A DNA stretch of 59,842 nt, filler included, from Dugesia japonica (Eukaryota): assembly GCA_001938525.1 (NCBI GenBank). It is 6 parts of 6 records of this genome, joined end to end, with 100 filler letters (N's around TTAATTAATTAA, not from the genome) between each part and the next. Parts side by side here need not be neighbours in the genome. Positions count along the whole stretch, not along the records: positions 51,019 to 59,842 come from MQRL01626277.1; 5 more parts are not named here. One strand, written 5' to 3'. Position 1 is the first letter of the stretch. Each line of letters opens with the position of its first letter. Below are positions 52,591 to 59,842 of the stretch, in pieces. The position numbers and the translations under genes were made by a program. The notes beneath the pieces are model-generated. The model had not been told where the DNA came from. It saw only the letters and a list, made by a program, of their open reading frames with translations, and searched no databases.

Positions 52591-55500
52591 TTACTTTCGT
52601 AATTTTAAATTCAAGTTTTTTGATGTTTTATATTCACTGATTATTTCATTTTGTATTTTTCTTTTTATTTCAATACTTGGAACAGGTTGTCCAAAATAGA
52701 GCTCTTGCCATATTTCAATGTTTTGTGGTAATACTGGAGGCCAACAAACATAATTTCTAGACTCTTTACCACATGGAGCATATAATAGATTAAAAAAGCT
52801 GTGTAAAATATCATTCTGATTAATATAAGACCTAAAATTTTAAGCTAAAAATTCAATTTTTTTGAATATATTTTAACCAAAGACTAGTGGTTTCATTTGG
52901 AATATTGAAGTCGTCACGATGTTGAGCATTGTTACCCAAAAATGTTCCTAGGATTAAAAATCAGTGGACAAATGTTTTAATTACATTAGACTTGAAATTA
53001 TATTCTTTGAAAAAATTATGCAAAACAATTCTAATAAATATAAGATACAGGGTGTTCACAAAACTTATTAAAATTACAAATGAAATAGGAATAGCGACAA
53101 TGTTGAAACGTTGAAATAATATCAAGTGATTAATAAAGTTTTTATTTAACTCAAAAGAATGCTATAAATAAGGTCACAAAAAGTCAATAAAATCAACTTG
53201 AAAAATTAGATATAATTTTTTGAGAAAAACTCAAATATGTGATTTCTAACTATTTACGTCACTCCTATAAAAAGTTATTAGGTTAATAAAAAGTCAATTT
53301 TTCCATTTAAGGTCAATAACTGAATTTTTTTGTCAATTTAAGTAACTTAATGATGAATTCTGCTTATGTAATGCTATATGTTTCGGCATGAATGATTGAG
53401 CTTAACAATTTATACATCATACAAATATGTTATACAAAAAGTGGGCGAGTTATAATAATATGTAAATGTCAAATATCAGCGGGTATCGAGTGATTATGAT
53501 ACGTGGTTTTATCCATAAGGCTGTCTACATACTACAAGATAAAGATATACATATATATTATTGTGACTGATCGTGTCGAGCAAGCGTGATTACACATCAC
53601 ATGTGCATTCTGCACTTCCTCAAGCGGCCTACAACAGTTTATTTATACTGCATGACAGGGCAATTGTGTGATACTCGTGATAACATGTTCTTACGTATTT
53701 CACTGACCCAACATTTTTACTCACTTTTCATTTTAGACGTCATGCCTAAAGCCGCTAAGTGCAATAGTTCAAAGATAGTTACCATCATACGAAATCATCC
53801 GCTGGAGTTCACTACAACATCAAGGAACGAACTTTTTTGCAAGTTATGCAACACCATTGTGAAAAACGAAAAATTTTTTTTTGTTGAAAAGCGTCTAGAG
53901 CAGTAGTTGTTCTTTGTTTTACATCATTTATATCATTAATCTTGTTCCGATACACAGTATTTTTCACGTAACCCCACAAGAAAAATCTATTGTGGAACGA
54001 GGAAGCAACAAAATTGGGTAATCTCTTCATATTCAGCTATCAGGAAGTCTTATTTTAGATAACACGAACATTTATCCCTAATGAGATGGTCCACCACCTT
54101 GTTAAAAGATGATTATAGATTGTAGCTGTTGCAATTTGTTTTTTCTTGCTTTTACAAAATTTCGCTATCCAAAAAATAAATACATTTAAAATTTTCAACA
54201 TTTAAACAAAACATTAATAATTGCTAATTGATATTTATAAGAAAATATTTCGCATTCATATTTAATTAACTTTTTAAAATTTTCTCAAGACTTTACAAAC
54301 ACCCTGTATGACAATTATTATAAAAAAAGATTACCGAATTCGGAATAATAGCAATGGTTAGCCAAGCATTTAAGAAAAAGCTCATTAAATTCAAATGAAG
54401 TTGGATTAAATTGCATTATCTGTAATATAAAGTATTTATATCAAACTATTATTATATTTCAATAGACATTAGTTATTGGTATCTTGTACTACATGGCGTG
54501 ACGGACACATATACATACACACGAGAAATTTAGAACGATATTCGACCTTTTAGCGGAAATCTGTTAATGACATAATTGAATTATGAGTAAAAAAATCCGC
54601 CAATGTGACATCATATAATGTAAAAAACTCAGTTATCCACATTCGTTCTACAGATCAGCACAAATTTAATGATTGAGAGTTGAAATTAGGTAATGAAAAA
54701 CTAATTATTATTAAAATTTTTATTATCAAAAACCAAAAAAACAAATTTTGATCGAAACTTTTATTTTAATGAATTATAAAAAAGTAAAGATTTAGACGGA
54801 TTTGATACGCTTCCGATTAAACTGCCAGAAAAGATGGAGAAAAATGAAGACATTGTATATTTGATTTTTGGTAATGAAATAAATATAACAGAAGATAAAA
54901 TAGTCAAAATCGCACGGAAAGTCAAGGTTACACAAAAAAAATGTTGATGTTATGGAGGTAAACCATAAGATGCTGGAACTTATACCAGGTGAAACAGATA
55001 ATTGTATGAATATTGATTCGATGGTTTCCAATGATGTGAGTGACAGTTAATTCCCATGGTGAATTTCTTTTTACACTATGTCCACCAAGATAGCCATCCC
55101 ATTTATTGAAACTGAGAGTTGATGTATNAATGAAGAATTGTTTAATGGCATAAAACTAATCGCTAAGAACTTACATCAAAATCAAGATATAAGATGAATG
55201 TTATTATGTAGGGAATCAAATTACTTAAAGATTCAATTTCCACTTCATAATTGAAAACCAGAAAATATCCTCCACATAGCATTTATACATTGACGACTTA
55301 ACTTATAGCAAAAATATTAATTGAAACATGTACAGGATGCGTAAGGTATTTGAGAACATATATTTGATGTTACTTTTGTATATTATTTCTTAATGTATTA
55401 TTTATAAACTTTGTTTTATTGAAATAATAGCAAACAGACTAATGACAGACATTCAAATTCCTAAAGAAATAAAAAGGCATGCTGTAATTGTGGCTTTATA

Positions 55501-58500
55501 AGCTGATCATAGCGATTTAGAAATCGCACGAAAACAAAAATGAAAATATATTAACGAAACGTAAAAATCATACCAAACGCTCTGAAATCGTCAGAAAAGC
55601 TGATTTTATCCAAGAAGTTAAGCAGGCCATTGCTGAAAATCCCAAAATATCCATAAGATCACTTGCTAAAAATTTCAAATCTCAGAAGAAACAATCAGAA
55701 ATACTGTTCATGAAAACATCGGATTTAAGTCTTATATGCTGAAGAAAGGACAATTTTTGTCTGAAAAAATAGATGCAATTTGACTTTTCTCAGACGAAAA
55801 AAAACTTTGACCAAGATAAGAAGTTTAACTTGAGAATTGATTGTAGGTTATTTAGGGAATAATGAAGTTCCGAGAGTAATACACAACAAATTTCCTGCAA
55901 CTGTCATGGGTTTTAGTCAGCAATGAAGGACATGTTATGCCTCCTCAATTCTTTCCACGAAGCCTTAAAGTGAACTTTGCTGTTTATATTGAGGTCCTGC
56001 AAAATGCTGTTAAGCCTTGGATAGACTCAGTGCAAAATGGAAGACTATTTCTCAAGAAGACTCTGCACCATCACACAAGGATAAATTAACGCACAACAAT
56101 TATGATATTTGACCCCCTAACTCCCCAGACCTTAATATGGAGCGTTATTAAGAAAGTGGCCAATGAGAATTTTCACAACACTATAGATTCTTTGAAAGCC
56201 ACCATAGTAAACGGAATGTCGAATATGGTGCAGGCCTATTTAATTGAAGCTTGTAAACAATTTTGATCTCTTATAGAAGTAGTTATTGAAGCTGAATAAA
56301 CTTATTAAGCAATTAATAAATTTTCATTATTGTAGAATTTTTCATAAGTAAAGCTATTATATGTCATTATATATCTGTTTTCCTATAAACATCTTATATG
56401 TTCTCAAATATGTTCTCTATACAGATTTTCAAGAAAAATTCATTTTTATTTAAAAAATTTACCGTTATTTGCTATTTTTAAAGTATTTAGTTATTTATTA
56501 ATTCAAGATGAAATTAAATGAGGGAAAAAATAGAAATTAAATAATTGGGCTTCCTTCAGAAAAAAAATCTAAATTTCATTAACCCACTGAAATAAATAAA
56601 TTATTATCACAAGAAATTTAATAAATTTAAAAAACTACTTAAAAAATACTCTTTTCGACACAACCAACTATTCTAAACAGGCTAGATGTATTTGTATAGC
56701 TAACTTCAATTTTATTATTTATTATTTTTGAAGAAACTTTAAGATTTTCTACATCAGATGAAATCGCATTTAGTTTATTTATTAAATTTTTTTCGAAATA
56801 TTAAAGTTTCATCGACTTGATTCTGTTATTTTACCACATAACCGCATCAAATTTCTTGTCAAATTTTATATAATACGAAAATGAAAGACACAATAAGAAT
56901 GATAAGATCTTGGAATGAAAAGGATTTATTGTTTATAATACATTTCTTACTATCATTAGGAATAACTCTAACACCTTTGATAATGATAAAAACATGAACC
57001 CATAATCGAAATTTATTAATGGAGCAACTTCAAAATATATTTACAGAGAATTATCTTTTACACCTATCATAGAAGCTGTTAAAATAACACGAATCTATTA
57101 TAATGCATTGCGATTTTACATGCTGGTCCAATGAATACGCATCATATATTTTTGACAAAAATGATAGAAGAATTTTTGATACTTGCAAAATCAGATATTC
57201 ATTTCATTTATTCATTTCATTTATTCACTTCATTTATTCATTTTATTTATTAACTTCGTTTATTAACTTCATTTATTCATTAAATTTATTTATTCATTTC
57301 ATTTATTCATTTCATTTATTCATTTCATTTATTCANNNNNNNNNNNNNNNNNNNNNNNNNNNTTCATTTATTCATTTATTATTTGCAAAATCAGATATAG
57401 AAATATGATGATATACAACAGCAGTATTTCAAAATTATCATTATATTCACTATAACTTAATTCAATTAATTCGGAATCAGATTTATGTTTAAACATATAT
57501 GGTTTTATCAAGGGAAATGATTATAATCAGCCAATAAATTATTTTTTCTTATAATATCCAACGAACTAGAAATCATTTGATATGAAACAGACATTTTACT
57601 GTCTCTCAATTGTACTTGTTGGACATCTCTCATACGAAATGCCATTATCACCTTTCAAAATCTTGATCTTAGATTCAATCCAAAACTCTTTTGAATTTAC
57701 TTTGCAAGTAATACAAACATGAAAAGTATATGATCTTTGATGGTATTTTTCATCTTTTCTTCTTTAATATACAAATCGGAATGAGCACTCCGATATGATT
57801 TAACAAGCATATATTATAGTTGAATATTTTTTATTAATTTTGTAGTTTCTATGTAGGTCAAGGAAAAGATTTTGCGCCCCTAATGAAATATAATGAAAAT
57901 TTTATATTTTTTTGAAATTTTAAAATTTTAATTCCGCTTGAAAGCATGTTTTCTTAAGAATATTGTAAGATATACTTGTCTATAAAAAATTATTCCAGAA
58001 TGAAGCTGTCTGGAAGAGACACGTTTACTAATTCATTTTCAATGGAAATTGGGCATGAATGCTTCCAAAAAAGCGCGAAAAGTTTGTCAGGCTTAAGGAG
58101 AAAGAACAAATTGACAGATCCACGACTAAAAGATTGTTAGCGAAATTCAACGCTGACAATTAAGGATCAACTGCGTTAAGGCCGCCCAATTGAAGTCGAT
58201 CGATAAGCAGTTAATGAAGCGATTGAAGAATGGAGAATACCTTGATTAATTGTTTTGTATGGTTATTTGTTAAATAAATGTATTTTTATTTGTTGATTAG
58301 ATGTATTGTTATTTATTGAATAAATGTATTGNNNNNNNNNNNNNNNNNNNNNNNNNNNNNNNNNNNNNNATGTATTGTTATTTATTGAATAAATGTATTG
58401 TTATTTGTTGATTAGATGTATTGTTATTTGTTGAATAAATGTATTTTTATTTGTTGCATAAATGTATTGTTATTTGTTGAATAAATGTATTGTTATTTGT

Positions 58501-59319
58501 TGCATAAAAATATTGTTATTTGTTGAATAGATGTATTATTATTTGTTGAATAAATGTATTATTATTTGTTACATAAATGTATTGTTATTTGTTGCATAAA
58601 TGTATTGTTATTTGTTGAATAAATGTATTATTATTTGTTGCATAAATGTATTGTTATTTGTTGAATAAATGTATTATTATTTACTGCATAAATGTATTGT
58701 TTGTCGAACAGATGTATTATTATTTGCTGAAAAAAAACTTGCATAAAACAACAAAACATTTTTACTTAGTGAAATTTTATTAGGGCTGCAAAAATTTCTC
58801 ATTGACCAAATAAATACTGCTGTGCTAAAAATAAAACTTCATATTTTGTTACGAAAATCTGGTTAATATGATTTAGACTGTTTTCTGAAAATTTTGAATT
58901 CCTTTAAAGATAAGAATAAAAACAAATAATAATATTATTAATGTATTCAATTCGATAATTTTATTTTATTCAAGAAAATAATGTAAATTTTCTGCATATA
59001 CCACAAAATTATAAGAAATAATTTATTGTTTTATCATATCAGGAGATAACTATACCATTAACTTTCAAACATGTCTTAATAATCTTTTGTAATTTATTAG
59101 TAAAATAGTAAATTTATCATTAAAAATATAGTAACGGAAAATAATTGAACAATGGAAATTACTTGCCAAACACAATCCAGAAATAGCAAGAACACTGGAC
59201 TTTCTGTTTCACTGATTGTATTATTAGTTATAAGTTTATTGGTTAAGCATTGATGCTTACAGCGATCATAGAATGGGTGACCTGCTTGTACCCATTCTCT
59301 ATCAACCAAAGCTTCGAAT
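52591..59319 (-). CDS. MTMR9: Myotubularin-related protein 9-like, last four exons: 59319-59163, 54419-54335, 52947-52878, 52831-52591
   Basis: Spliced: FEALVDREWVQAGHPF...SPVFLLFLDCVWQ|IMQFNPTSFEFNELFL..L..H.Y.SEF|GTFLGNN..R...TTSL|WSYIN...N-LY...WPPV-PQ-I-IW; all GT-AG with consistent phases; 5' exons outside window. The final TAA could instead be a donor site. Confidence 0.88.
53048..54306 (-). mobile_element. Tc1/mariner element (TIR CAGGGTGTT, TA TSD) in an MTMR9 intron, containing a CGGBP1-like hAT 5' fragment
   Basis: TA-CAGGGTGTT...AACACCCTG-TA; FFLWGYVKNTVY remnant on -; MPKAAK...HPLEF...LFCKLCN-IV Zn finger on + (53742-53895). Confidence 0.75.
54940..55260 (+). mobile_element. Helitron/PIF1 helicase remnant
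   Basis: LELIPGE...EFL-TL-P---PSHLLKLRV, C-NG--LI, QFPL in broken frames. Confidence 0.55.
55333..56421 (+). mobile_element. Decayed maT/DD37D-type Tc1-mariner transposon
   Basis: Inverted TATTTGAGAACATAT / ATATGTTCTCAAATA; FSDEKNF, FPATVM, GHVMPP-FF, VKPWI, QEDSAPSH, PPNSPDLN. Confidence 0.8.
57200..57385. repeat. (TTCATTTA)n-like microsatellite
   Basis: Tandem 5-8-nt TTCA/TTTA units. Confidence 0.9.
57852..58811 (+). mobile_element. Internally deleted mariner carrying a 23-bp minisatellite
   Basis: Imperfect TIRs GGTCAAGGAAAAGATTTTGCGCCCCTAATGAAA / TTTTATTAGGGCTGCAAAAATTTCTCATTGACC; HTH remnant ~58000-58235; ATGTATTGTTATTTGTTGAATAA tandem array ~58245-58730. Confidence 0.7.
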
Positions 59320-59322
59320 CTG

Positions 59323-59323
<1 letters not shown>

Positions 59324-59389
<66 letters not shown>
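59324..59389. repeat. (AAT)n microsatellite abutting an MTMR9 splice acceptor
   Basis: Run of AAT units up to the gap. Confidence 0.95.
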
Positions 59390-59842
59390 NNNNNNNNNNN
59401 NNNNNNNNNNNNNNNNNNNNNNNNNNNNNNNNNNNNNNNTTTTTATGAATGTTTAATTGATGGAAGCTTTATTGTGTATTGAGAAATTTTAGAAACTTTT
59501 GTTCAAATAATATTTGTGGCAGATCTTTAAATAAGGAGTAAAAATTTTAAGTAAGGAACTTTATTCATTTCTGGTAGAAAGTAATACGAAAGGTTTATAT
59601 ATTTTTTATTGATTACTAATTGTATAAAGAATAGTATTTTTGTGTAATTATTTTCTAGATTAAACATTTGTAACATTTTAATATAGTATTTTGTAATATT
59701 ATTTAAATTTTGTAGATAGTATTTTTATTCATTTATTTATTGTTCAACAATTATTTTAGAAATAAGTATTATCCACAGAAGAAAGTGTTTTTAATGTAGG
59801 GTATGTAGGCCCAACCCCTAATATGGTGGCAACGGTCAATAC

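Overview
Very AT-rich animal (invertebrate) genomic DNA. The window is six unrelated ~9-12 kb scaffolds concatenated with artificial 100-nt linkers (N44-TTAATTAATTAA-N44 at 9005-9104, 19476-19575, 28602-28701, 40402-40501, 50919-51018), so adjacency across linkers is meaningless. Host genes: NBAS (one ~6.3-kb exon), the 5' exon of a divergent Slo/BK K+ channel, four 5' exons of STOML2 and four 3' exons of an MTMR9-like myotubularin; the STOML2 gene and most MTMR9 exons are missed by the ORF track. Scaffold 2 (9105-19475) is entirely a gene-dense, nearly intact Maverick/Polinton (adintovirus-like) virus segment. It encodes a protein-primed PolB split by a -1 shift at an A9 run, a pX/pVI-like core protein, a conserved unknown protein split by a +1 shift at a T7 run, a penton, an adenain protease, a fibre-like protein with a duplicated head, a PW/GasderminX-like protein and probably the 3' end of the packaging ATPase. 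It carries its own dispersed CCATAAAGG repeat family. A second, divergent and decayed Polinton pPolB sits at 49930-50918. The rest is decayed TEs (gypsy, mariner/Tc1, hAT, RLE non-LTR, Helitron, Penelope-like), several minimal hammerhead ribozymes, and micro/minisatellites. All calls are by eye and motif recognition; no database searches were run.
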